From positions 4,711 through 68,710 of IMG/VR virus record IMGVR_UViG_3300012931_000001: a stretch of 64,000 nucleotides of DNA; one strand, given 5' to 3'. Shown here in pieces: positions 39,630-51,441 of this stretch. Positions within the stretch are counted from its first letter, which is position 1. Every line of letters starts with the position of its first letter. Both the position numbers and the translations under genes were made by a program. The notes under the pieces are model-generated. The model was not told the origin of the DNA and did no database searches. It saw nothing but the letters and a program-made list of their open reading frames with translations. This DNA comes from a virus.

Positions 39630-41552
39630 TCAAATTTTGTGCCTTTTCAGAAAGGCGGGTTTTACTTCGGAGTTGAAAAATTCGGTGGCTTCGGATTCGG
39701 TGCGGAAATAATTGCCAAGTTCGTAGTGGTACCCATCTAGCCTATCACGATAGTCCTTTCGAGGTCTCTGGAGTCCATCGGAATCAATATAATAATATGA
39801 TTCACCTTTATCCGCCCTCCATCTTTTCGTCTCCACCTGTTTCTTTTCGGCGTTCCATATTTTACCGTCTTTGTCAAGGGCAGAGATGAGCCGTTGGCGC
39901 TCAGGCGAGGTCGCTAGTCCACGGATGCCCGAAAATTCTCCACACGTAATAATACAGTCTTCATCAGTATATAAATTGCCATCTTCGCTAATTGTGGCGT
40001 AAGGAAAAACACGGCCAGCCTGCTCTTTTTTGAATATTGTAATCCATCCATTATTTTGTGTGATTATATCCCCATCCTTCGGTTCCCATTTTTCCACTTT
40101 CGTCAACACCTTCTTCTTGGCGTTCCACTTGTATCCAGCCTCGACCATCTTTTCAAAAAATAGGCAGCGCTCTTCACGGGTGGCCAACCTGTAATCGAAC
40201 CCAGTGAATATGCATGTACCAGTAAAAAACCTGCCACCATAAAGGAGGGCATAAGAATGAAGCGTATTCAGGAGCTGGTTTTTTCCTTTATATATCAGGA
40301 TCCCCCCGCCCTTCAGTTTCACCACGTCCCCATCGGTAGGGGCCCATGCTCCACCATTCGTGCTAAATAATATTCCAAATTCAAACATTTTTTTAGACTC
40401 ATCTTTTGATAGTTTTTTTGGCTTAACTCCGCTAAGATCTTCCTCTATTTTATCAGCTATCGTTTGTCCGATGCTCTCCGCCGCGTAATTCTTGCATTTA
40501 GCACACGCCATTTTCTCCTCAATAGATCGTCTATCAATCGGCTTACTCAATACGGACCTAAAGTATTCGCTTAGAATATCAGTAGATGGTGTTTGGGTGG
40601 ATTTATTTATCTTCACCACCTCCATCTTCACCACCTCTCCATCGGTAGGAGTCCAAGGTTTAGTCGCAGTCAGGGTGCTCATGTGTGCGCCCGCCATTTT
40701 GTCCAGGTTGTCGACCTGCATCCGCGCCGTCATTTTCGGTATGGACTTAATCGGGGCGTATATTCCCCCTTTTTTCACCGTATCTCCCGCTTCATGAGAA
40801 TTAAGAACAGTCCAAAATCCCCTATCCCATACCGATGCTGTATTCGCTTTTTCCACCACCTCCATCTTCACCGCATCCCATCGGTATCCGGCTTTCTTAA
40901 GTTGGTTGAAAAATTCTCGGCGCTGTTTTTTGGTCGCAAGCCTCGGGGTGTGGGCAGCCATGATGGCGTCGGTTGAAATTCCGCCTCTGTAAGGCACCAA
41001 TAGAACCTTTATGTTCCCCGCATTCGTGCGCTCTTTATATATATACGTCAATCCCTGCCCGTTGTCGCACACGTCGCCTTTTTTCGGTACCCATTTCTTT
41101 TCGCCGATCTCCGCCGCATAAAACCATAAACACTCCACCTTTTCCGGTTCCGCCAGCGCAATATATCGATTCCCCTCCATCCTCATCACCATTCTTTCCA
41201 ATCCTGGATTATTTTCCGTGATCGGAGCATCCGACACCAGCATCATGCGCGGAAACTTATTATTGCTTTCCATATTTTTTTTTGGATACCTTTCAAAGAA
41301 CGCGTCAAAGTTCCGATTAAATATCACATCCCTCCAAAACGCATCCCGTTCCGTCGTTGCCCACCAGTCAAAACCACCCGATAATCCGCCAGCGTGTCTC
41401 GTCTTTTCAAACACCCCGACATCCCTCTTTCCGATCTGTTTTTCCTGGTTTTCGAGCATTTTTTCGACGATTTCGTCTGGAAAGCCCTGTAGATCGCCCT
41501 TCCAGCCTTTTTTTTCTTCGTAATTTTTGCGGTTCTCGCGCGCTTGTTTCAT
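39630..41552 (-). CDS. 640-aa mosaic protein with three ~75-aa repeats
   Basis: Repeat W.P..GD[VI]...LAT..[EQ]R...G..W[DN]A.K; extra small domains at both ends. Confidence 0.8.
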   Translation of the reverse strand: MKQARENRKNYEEKKGWKGDLQGFPDEIVEKMLENQEKQIGKRDVGVFEKTRHAGGLSGGFDWWATTERDAFWRDVIFNRNFDAFFERYPKKNMESNNKFPRMMLVSDAPITENNPGLERMVMRMEGNRYIALAEPEKVECLWFYAAEIGEKKWVPKKGDVCDNGQGLTYIYKERTNAGNIKVLLVPYRGGISTDAIMAAHTPRLATKKQRREFFNQLKKAGYRWDAVKMEVVEKANTASVWDRGFWTVLNSHEAGDTVKKGGIYAPIKSIPKMTARMQVDNLDKMAGAHMSTLTATKPWTPTDGEVVKMEVVKINKSTQTPSTDILSEYFRSVLSKPIDRRSIEEKMACAKCKNYAAESIGQTIADKIEEDLSGVKPKKLSKDESKKMFEFGILFSTNGGAWAPTDGDVVKLKGGGILIYKGKNQLLNTLHSYALLYGGRFFTGTCIFTGFDYRLATREERCLFFEKMVEAGYKWNAKKKVLTKVEKWEPKDGDIITQNNGWITIFKKEQAGRVFPYATISEDGNLYTDEDCIITCGEFSGIRGLATSPERQRLISALDKDGKIWNAEKKQVETKRWRADKGESYYYIDSDGLQRPRKDYRDRLDGYHYELGNYFRTESEATEFFNSEVKPAFLKRHKI

Positions 41553-41782
41553 AAATAGTTTTTTTAATGTTAATTTATATAAGAAAAAACCAAATGTAAA
41601 TTGATTTTTTTTCTTTGTCGTTTGCTTTTTTAGGCTTCCATCTATTTTTCTGTCAAGTGGTTAACAATTATACCCCCGTTTAAGGTATGTAACCTGACAC
41701 GACTTTTCCGAATACAAATCTACTCCAAAAATCCAAATAATCATAATAATTATCCACATTATTTTGTTAAACAACGTTAAAT

Positions 41783-42067
41783 GCCGTTGTTTGCCGTGAA
41801 GTGCCGTTAGGTTGCCGTTAGGAAATTACCTCTTAACGGCCACAAAAAGGCACCCAACTCACTGTATTATACAAGGTTATAAATTAGTGCCGTTAATGCC
41901 GTTGTTTTTTTCGACCCTAAGGGCCCTAATGTGTGCGTGTGCGCGTGTGTATATCTTATATAAAATTTAACGGCATTAACGGCATTGTGTATAAATGTCT
42001 ATATATCAATACATTATCTGCCGTTAATTAATAATTTTCTAACGGCATAAAAACGGCATTAACGGCA
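41783..42067. repeat. Iteron array, candidate replication origin
   Basis: Six GCCGTT, six AACGGC and one GCCGTG within 285 bp, arranged symmetrically; 16-bp exact inverted repeat 41888-41903 / 41969-41984. Confidence 0.75.
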
Positions 42068-42640
42068 GCGGATTTTTTTTGTGTACTTATTTAGGAAATG
42101 GTAATGATTTGGTAAATTTGGTAACGTTGTGTTGAATATTTTCCATTACGAAATATCTGTAAAAAAATAAAAAAAAATTTGAGAGTCGCTTCCTTCTTTT
42201 TTCTCTTCTCTTTTTCCCGTCGGGGGACCCCTAACTACTTGATAATCAGATAGTTACAACCGTTTGTAACCTTAAACGGTCGTTTAAGGGTTCTAACTCG
42301 TTGATATGCGAAGTGGGTATCAATATAAATCAAAATTAAAGAATCGCATACCTGATTCTTGAAAAAAGTCATATTATTAACATTAATTTAATTAACTAAA
42401 TTCCAAACTTGTATATACAAGTCAAATCCAACTATCTAATAATCAACACATTATATTTTCCTTCGTCCAACTTGTATATACAAGTCAAAAGCCGACTATT
42501 TAACGTTTACTTTATATTGGCCTTATATATATTTGATTATCAGAGACTTATCTCAATTAATACATTTTAACGTTAATATTAATTTAACGCTTAACATAAA
42601 GTTTAAATAGAGTGTCAATGTGTTGATAATCATATAGTTA
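41855..42640. promoter_or_regulatory. Seven copies of a 25-bp motif containing IHF-consensus sites
   Basis: Consensus TAAYN-NN-TTGATWATCA-N4-GTTA at 41855, 41992, 42232, 42294 (partial), 42429, 42526, 42616; several contain WATCAR-N4-TTR, some on both strands. Confidence 0.55.
42407..42485. repeat. Two perfect 16-bp palindromes ACTTGTATATACAAGT
   Basis: At 42407-42422 and 42470-42485, 63 bp apart start to start. Confidence 0.85.
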
Positions 42641-44123
42641 AAAATGGCCAAAAATCCGACTTTCATTTTTAGTTAAAATTGATGTTGCTGAAACATTGGA
42701 TGTTAAATGATGTTAAAACTGGTAGAACTGGATGAAATTAGATACCAAATATTTTGGAGATAATACAAAGATTATGTACATTGCGTTCTGTTAGTTGTTC
42801 TTTGAGTTTCGGCCTGCTTTGCCCTTGCCATACCCGCGCGCGAGCGTGTGCCTGGTTGGATTGAAAGGCCGCTATTCTTAAGCCATTTTAGGCGATATGG
42901 TAACCCGTTTGTTCGGGCTGTACATTTGACGGTAAAAATCATTAGATTGGTTGCTTGCTGTATATCGCTGCTTATGAAATAGAATCTTTGACGTGCTGGT
43001 GTTACTTTTACCCTGTTTACGCATTCGGGCAAATACCTGGTTTGCGGTAAAAATCGGATTTTAACGGGGTACAATTTTTCTTAACTTAAAAACACAAAAA
43101 CTATGAAACAATTTATTTTTAACGTTTATTTTATTGTTGATGACTACAGAATAGGCGAAAAAGTACTATTCGATGGATCAATTGAGGACTGTATGAAATA
43201 CATACAAAAGGCTGGAAATAATGATGAGTTCTGTCTCATTTTCTCATGTAAATTAAACTGATTAAAACATACAACTATGAAAACAACTGATTTTGAAAAA
43301 AACGTATCTATGATGAATAGGGCTATATTAACTATTGTTAGATACAAAAAACTGTACCGATATATGGTTCAATTTTCCGACGGACGGTCTGAAAGTAGCT
43401 TTAGACGTTATTAACCATTTCTTTTACCCCTTATATAAGGCCTGCAAACAGGGCCTTATGTGTTGTACACGTATAAGGGGGCAACGTCCGATATTGGACA
43501 CAATTTCAAAAACACAACAAAATGAAGACAACATTTGATTATGCAAAATGGCTCAAAGAAAGGGCCGAAAAAGACGCTACTAAAACGGTTGATTTTAACG
43601 CGTTAACGAAAGTTGAAAAGATCAGCGCTCTGCTGTTTCTACTTGACAAGACGAAGGCCGATATGGCGGACGTGAAAATTGTGGGAATCGAAGAACGTGC
43701 TTTTGGTGAATGTAGTGCACAAGCCAAAGCGGCCGTACTGACTGAAGTGATTAAGAGGATGCAAGCGGGTGAATCTGTAGGCATACCGTCTGACAAAGAT
43801 ATTGTGTGCGTGCCTGTTAAGACGTCATTTGCAGCCGCTTCGATGAATGATCAAATTTCCTACTTGTCGGACCTATACTGCAAAGCAGTGGACGTGATAA
43901 CCATTGATTTGCCAGCCGGCGAAGCGTGGGTAACTGGATTGACAAACCATATTGAGGCTGATTTTTTGGCCGATATTGCGGGGTACGATGAAGCCGATTA
44001 TCAGGCATTTTTGGCCGATCTGGAAAATAGACGTAAACCGTTTAGCACGTTGACGCTTGTTGGCAAAACGGAAAAAGGCATATTAATTACACCCGAAAAG
44101 TAACACCAACAAAAACCGACCAA

Positions 44124-44156
44124 AAACCCCTCTATCTGCAAAGGTAGGGGGATTTT
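44124..44156 (+). terminator. Intrinsic terminator
   Basis: CCCCT-CTATC-TGCAAA-GGTAGGGG then ATTTTT after the 43522-44103 ORF. Confidence 0.5.
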
Positions 44157-47100
44157 TGCGTTTAAATAAAACGAAAGAAAATGACATACTATAAAGTTCC
44201 TGTAAAATTAGACCAAAAACGGCTTAAAAATGGTTGGTTTTTGGTTGCAAATGAATTGCTTACTGAAAAAGAGGCATGCAGACGTGGTGTCAACACCGAA
44301 AAGCTAAATCGGATTGAAATTTCACGGCGTAAAATTTACTGGTTTTTCGGAGTGAGGTTTGAAATTAAATAAACACGAAAATGAAAAAGAAACAATTTTC
44401 AGGAAAAGTCCAGGGTGAATATTTGGACATTGAGCGGATTAACAAAAATACCGCGCGGGTAAAACACAAAAACGGGGAACGAGTTTTTCTTTGCCCGGTA
44501 AATTTGCACCCCTTCAATCAGTGGTGCACAACTATGGAAATGAACAACAGAACGCCGTTTGATGAATTTGTTGATATGTACGAAAACTATAATTGTACCG
44601 ATAATAAGACGGGAAAATACGCCGCCTTTTACCGGGTGATTGAGTAACAAATAGCCGTCGAAGTTTAGCTTTTTTTAGCCCGGTGGGTTTACGGGCGACG
44701 GAACGACTTTAGTATTAACAAATAAAAATGTGATCATGGATATTGATGAATATTTCCCGTACGACTTCGACGAATCCAAAAAGCCGGAGACACTTGAGCA
44801 TTGCATAGAAAGAGTAAATCGTTATTTCGGCGTAACTGATTGTCCGTATAATATAGATTTATTAAAACAAGTACTAGACGAACGAAGAAATTTGAGGGTT
44901 TTCCTCCCGTCGTATTTTTGGAACAAACGGTACTACGAATTACTTGAAAACGCAACAACAAAAGGAAAATTAAATGATTGGGATCAGACATCCACTATCA
45001 GATAGTTTGACGTAATGTTTTTTAAACGAATAAAAACGCAACAAAATGAGATACGTACAATTTTTAACCATGAGCACCGGATATATTCAGGGCTCAATTC
45101 CGCCGCGATTTTCAGACGACAACCGGAAACCAATTGAATTATTGGGATCAGACGGCTGTTATCCTGCAGATGGACGATTCGGATTAAACCGAATAATTTT
45201 TGAGGCCGAAAAACGGGCAAACAATCTGAAAAATATCCACTCAATTGTTGGGTTCCAGATTATTCAGGCATTAAGTTTTCCACAAAACGGGAGGATTATT
45301 TATGAAGAAAATTATAGAAATAGATAGCCCGAGCGGAGTGAATTCAAAAAGGATGAACGAATTGGTTTTATCCTTTTTGAAGGCCGGAATCAGATCGGAC
45401 GAAATCATCCTTCAGATGAATTTCGTAGCGAACGAAGATGTTGTTAAACAGGTGATGCACGAATTTCACGTGCTGAAAAACAGGGCGGCAATGTCACTGG
45501 ATAAAAGATGGACAAAATGAAGACAAAAACAAAAACGATAAGAGGCTGGGCAAATAAGTCTGACCTGTTGTTTAGCCAAAACTCTGGAAATATCATATTT
45601 ACCGAAAATTTTAGAGAATTGGAATCCCGACTCATTAAAGACGGGTATAAACAATTGAACATAGCGTTTGATACGCTCAGGGGTAAAAACGCGACTGCAA
45701 AAGTCGTCGTAAAAGGCTGGCACTGGAGGGGATCATGGAGTGATCCGACTAAAGAAATTTATGCAATTTTTTATAAATAAAACAATAAAAACATGAAAAA
45801 AGTTGAATTTACATTAGCGCCGGATTTGGCGGCTGAATTTAAAAGTGTTGTCAAGGGATTAAATTTTGTAACCCCGAAATTATTAGGCTATTGCCGGATA
45901 AAGAATGGAGTGGCCGAATTAACACGCGGAGAATTTTTAGGAAAGTATAGGTTTGGAGTCACGGTTGTTCGCTTTGGCGAGCACGATTTCGATGCCTGTA
46001 AAAGTTTTAATACCAGATTTGAGGCTGAAATTTACTGTGATACTTTAACCCACCGATGAGCCCGCGAAAGTCGAGCGAAACCCTACTGAACGGCGGGGCT
46101 TGGAATAAAAACAACTAAAAACACAGATTATGACAAACGAAGAAATTTTAAGCGGCAATAAATTAATTGCTGAGTTTATGAGGTATGATAGAATAGACGG
46201 GTATATCCTGCTATTTCATATCTCTTGGGATTGGCTTATGCCGGTGATTGCCGAGATAACGAACCAATGCGAAGAGCCCGACGAATTGGACGGTGTAAAA
46301 TACGCCTTATTAACGGATAATATTTCCGAGGCATATATTTTTGTAGTAGATTATATAAATAGAATACATGAGCACTAACCTATTTTTCACCGAACCAACC
46401 CCGGAACCACGCACAAAAATTCGTGTCAGCTTCCGGCAAGAAAAAAGCGGCGGCGACGTTTTCGCTGCATTTCTTGACACTTGGCCTATTCAGGGCTACG
46501 AACACACGGGGCAACATTGCGAATGTTCGCCTGACTGGATCCGAAAAACCAAACCCGCAAAAGATTATCGCGATTTGCTTGCGGAATTAGAGCGGATCGG
46601 GTATGATGTAACGGTTATGAAGATGTTTCCCAAGCCGAACCCGGATAAAATAACCTGCCCGAAATGCGGGGAAATATTCACTCCGAGCCGGACGGAATAT
46701 GAACAATGGTGCCGGGATGAGGACAGGAATTTGCGCCTAAGTTTCGACGGTGCGGAAAACGTCAAGAGAATGAGTATAAAGGAGTGGGGATTGAAAAACC
46801 ATAAATGTAAGGCAAGATGAAACCATACAACGAAAAAAGAGTTGAGAAGTTATTCGCAGAATTACGCGAGTTTGGGTATATTGAATCGCATTTATTCAAA
46901 TGGTCGGCAGGAGATATTGATTCTTGCGCGCAGGATGCCGGCGTAAAATTACCGGAAATGACAGACGACAAAAAGGTTGAATTGCTGTCTGAAATTATCG
47001 AAGGAATTTCCGAGTCGGTAATCGAGGATATGAACGACGCGATTTGTATTGAATTATTTGAACGCTTTAAGACTGAATAAAATGGTTAAAGTTTATTTTC

Positions 47101-48203
47101 GATCGCGAATGAAGGATACTTTGGTCGCGGTATTTGATGATGAATTTCTGTACGAATTGTGCCTGCCTGCTATGGAAAAGTACGCCGGAGAGCTTGGTGT
47201 CACTCTGAATGAGAGCGTAGATGAAACCTATTTATCCGACTTAAAATGAGAGGTAGACCAAAAGGCGCGCCGTCATCCCTATGCGGATGGGCGTTTCAAA
47301 ACATGAAGGCAGGAGAATCCTTCCTCTGCCAGATTGCGAGCAAGGATGCGACTACGATCGCGTCGAATTATGGCAGGGTGATCACGACGGAGCGATTTGT
47401 CGCCTTGGACTGCATGAGTCAGAGTAAAATTGAACGGTATATTAAAATAACTTTTTTGAAATGAAAAAAATTGAAAGCATCGACCAGTTTAAAACGCTGG
47501 CATTTGACGCGCCCATTGAATGCTTTGTCCGCATGGGCGCGGCAAGGAGCAGCAAGAATGTACAGTACCTTGGCAACGACCAATGGGAAATCTACAACGG
47601 AATCGACGATTTTGACCAGAATTTGACCACTATCGAATTGTGGACAGAATCGAACATCGGAAAAGCCTTGGATCTAAAACAGTTATATTTATACGACTAA
47701 AATGATAATCAGAACAAAAACGCGCGCGGAATTCCAGGAATTTCACGCCAAGATGAAAAGCAAAGGTTATACGCAGATTAGCAACGCGATATTGCCGAAC
47801 TGGATAGGCGGGGATAATTACGTGGAAATTGCGGACGACATGGGAGTGTTCGCGCTGTGCAGCCGGGAAAAGGCTGAGCGGGATGGATTTAGAAATTATA
47901 AGCCATGAAAACAAAAAAGAAAGACCGGCCCCAGGAGAATATGAGAAATTTTGTACCCGGTATTTATGCTAACGAAAACGGAGACCGCTTAAAGGTTACC
48001 GGTTTTGGATTTCTAAATGGATGGCCATTTGTTTCATGGTTTTGGACTAATATTCCGGGATCAGACAGGGGCGGTGGAACAGCCTTAGATGGATTTGAAA
48101 AATTCATGGAGGATTTTAATCTTGTTAAGGAGTGCGATTTGCACTGCTATAAAAAGAAGTGAATCTTAACAGGCGACGGGGTGCGCTATATCACCCCGAA
48201 TTT

Positions 48204-48271
48204 GCCCCAACAAAAAGGTCTTGGTTTAGTTGTGTTTTCCAAGGTGTCGGGTTCGATTCCTGGATGGGGTA
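48204..48271 (+). ncRNA. tRNA-like element lacking a D arm
   Basis: GCCCCA/TGGGGT acceptor-like stem, T arm TCGGG-TTCGATT-CCTGG, CTTGG/CCAAG stem with a 14-nt loop. Confidence 0.4.
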
Positions 48272-48572
48272 CTAAAAATACATAGTGCAGGGAAAAACCA
48301 AGCGGCCTGCACCCGCGAAAAAAATATGAAAACAACAACTGAAAACCCTAAAAACATCAACTCTACATTTGACGGACGCACTGCAAAGTATGTCGCCGGA
48401 ATCGCATCACCTGCGGTCTTTTATTGGTCTTCAAAAAGAGGAGACAAAACAAGGTTAAGGTTGTCACGCAAGAATAGCCGTAACTTTTCGGGCATCATTT
48501 TCAAGAATGGAAGTGAGCGCGCCGTAATGGTTACCGCTCAGGGCTATTGGTGGATTGGATAATATTTTCCAC

Positions 48573-48951
48573 GCTGTGCTACCAGCTATACGGGCGAACA
48601 ATCAGACCACGGTGGAATTAATAAACAATATAATTCTAAACAAAATGAAAACCTTAGTAAAAAGAATCAGCGAAAAATTGAATAGTTTTGGATTGAACAA
48701 TATCAACGAATCAACAACCGTTACTGTTGATTTAGAAACAAAAGAGGTGGATGTATTCGATACAGATGAGATTTCGTTTCAAGGCAAAGAATCCTTCTGT
48801 GCAAATCAATTTATCTACGAAATACAAGATGATTGTTATGATGTTAATCTCGATGAAATCAAAAATCAGACGTGCGTCATTGAATAATTTCTCAGCTGTG
48901 CTACCGGCTTGACGGGCAAACAATCAGACCAATTTGGAATTAATAAACAAT
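48573..48951 (+). repeat. 57-bp intergenic direct repeat (48573-48629 and 48895-48951)
   Basis: 50 of 57 positions identical; each copy sits between a stop codon and the next gene. Confidence 0.85.
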
Positions 48952-51441
48952 CTAAAAATACGATAATGAAAAATCTTGAAAGATTATCTAAAAAGGCTGC
49001 TGAATTCTGCTATTTAAGCGGTTTTGATGCAGACAAGGTACGTGAAGCGATGAAATCAAGTTCATTCGCTATTCAGATTTGCGAAAATAAATCCGAAATG
49101 GACGAGGAGGGCGTCGATTATGCATATCCATATGTGATTTGGAACCCGTATAACTTTGATATTGATTAACCCTTTTACACCCTCTGCCGCCTTTGAGCAT
49201 TGCATCTGATTGCAGCAGGGGACAAAACAAACAAATTTACTAATTAAAAAAACGAACGATCATGAAAAAATTTAGCGGAAAAGACGAAGCAATTAACGGC
49301 ACCTGGTACCCGGCAACCGTTGAGGCTGACAATCTGAAAGAAGCGATCAAGAAACTGTATGTTGGTGAAAGAAAAAGCTACGGAACCGTTCAGGAAATCC
49401 GGGGACGTTTTTCAGAAGAATTATAAATCTTAATAAGTCCCGAAAGGGCGAAAATCATGACAATAGTAGAAATTTTAAGATCATTTCAAATTGCCTTGGA
49501 AAAGGCTGAGCCGTCACAAATATCAATTACATTTTCAAATCTTTGCGTTAACGACGCGAAAGATTTAATTTCGTTTCTACGGAATGAGACCCCGCTTACC
49601 TTTGTCGAAAAATTTTCGACAAAAACAGGTAAAAAGGTCAAGTCCTTAAAAGCGGGGATGAGAGTAGATGTAAAAGCATCAGGAGGTAACAGTTATGCAG
49701 ATTACACGCTAGGAATTTCGCTTGGCAATGCAATCGGAAAGCCAATAATGGAATTTATCCCTAAAAAATATTTGGAAAAACGCTTGGATCATTATAATTT
49801 GGGTCAATTTTCCGGGTATAATTATTTAAAAATTCACGAATGTTTTGATTTTCCAATATGAAAACATTCAAATTGACATACTTATATTGTGATAGTAAGG
49901 ATGTCAAAATTGAGACTATCACGGCGAAATCTCACCGGGAGGCGGTCAAGTACAGAAACGATCAGTATCTAAACTGCCCGGACGCTTATAATATCAGAAT
50001 TACGGAAATAAAGAAGTCAGAGATCTTTTTGAGATAGAAAAATCTCTTAAAACCATAAAATTATGAAAAAGCAAAAATTTTACGATTGGCTCTATCGTAA
50101 CGATATTTCAGAGCCGGAATTTTACGTATATTTGGCAATGGCTGTTTTGGCGGTTATCTGGGTGATTAATTGGATATGTCATGGAATTGCATGAATTTCA
50201 CCGCGACGTGATGCGACATCCGCAAATGTACGTCGTTTTCCGTGGCCCGGAATATGTTTGCGAAACTGACCACGTTGGGGCGTTCGCGAATGACCCGAAA
50301 TACAATGTCTGGGTGGATATGCGCCACGCAGCCCGGATGCGCCTATACGATTACCTGCTGAAAAAATGCGGGGTATTGGAGACGAAATACGACCCGTTCG
50401 GCGGGGATAAGGAAATAGGAGTCAGTAAACCAATTTTAAACTTTTAAATTATGCAGACAATCAGATTTATTTCTTTGCACGGCACCGAACTCTACGGAAA
50501 GGTCGGCGCGGAACAAAAAATCCGCAGGAATATTGTAAAGTTCGTCTATAAACTTGGCCGCATCTATGCGGTCGTGAACGGGTCGAGCGTGGATGAAATA
50601 CAGGAAACGGAAGATTTCGGGGAATTTGTGAAAAGAGTGGGGGAGGCAATATGAAACGAAACTTTTGGATGTGGCTGTACCTGACCTTCGGGATCGACAC
50701 GTCATGGCACCGGTACGAGTGGCGAAAAATTTGCCGCAGGAATCAGTGCGCATTGGATCACCGGCTTTTTGAGCTGGATTGCGAGAAAGATGAGCTTTAC
50801 GGAATTCATCCATTCTGACCATGTGGATAATAACCGTATTGCTCGTTTTTTGGGTTGTAATGAACGGATTTAATGAACTGTTTAGAAACTAAAATATGGC
50901 AGGAATTGATAAGACGTACATAGATGGGTGTGAGTACCGCCTGTACCGTGATTGGTGGATAACCAATTATGAAAAAATGAAAAAGGAACTCGGTGATTAT
51001 ATCTGGCTATACACGTTCGGTTTCTTTTATCCAAACGAACCGGATGAGTTTACGCCCGAATTTTTGGAGTCGCACACCAGGGATATTGATTATTACTCAC
51101 GAGTCAACGATTTTCCGATATGGAACACCTCCGAATCGACGGATAGATGGCTGGTTAAGAATTGCGAAATTGCGTCGTATCGGGCGTATTTGCTGAGTGC
51201 TTACTCCGCTAAATGGAAGGGATTCAAGGGTCAAAAATGGGTTCCGAAAAAGAATTATAAACCTAAATACGTAAGATGATTATGTGGAAGACTTTATTTA
51301 TTATCGCGGTGATTACCGCTGTTATTCAATGGGCTTTGTACTCATTTTCCCCATCAGCGTTTATCCTGGCTCAAGCTGTCTTGTGGTCGATATGGGCTGG
51401 ATTTTGTGCTATTAAATTATTTGTAAAATGATATACAAAAA

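Larger units (their letters stand above)
43103..51279 (+). other. Early-gene array of about 30 small hypothetical ORFs (e.g. 43522-44103, 44381-44647, 45046-45327, 46368-46820, 49457-49861, 50896-51279)
   Basis: Dense co-oriented 50-190 aa ORFs with A-rich leaders and structured spacers, typical of host-takeover regions. Confidence 0.7.

Noticed and set aside
41783-42067. CRISPR array
   Set aside because: Repeats are 6-7 bp, in both orientations, irregularly spaced; no cas genes.
42581-42620. dif/Xer site (TTATGTTAAG on minus)
   Set aside because: Only the XerD-like half matches; no XerC arm at the correct spacing.
42772-43074. 100-aa minus-strand ORF in the control region
   Set aside because: Weak start, no motif, isolated orientation.
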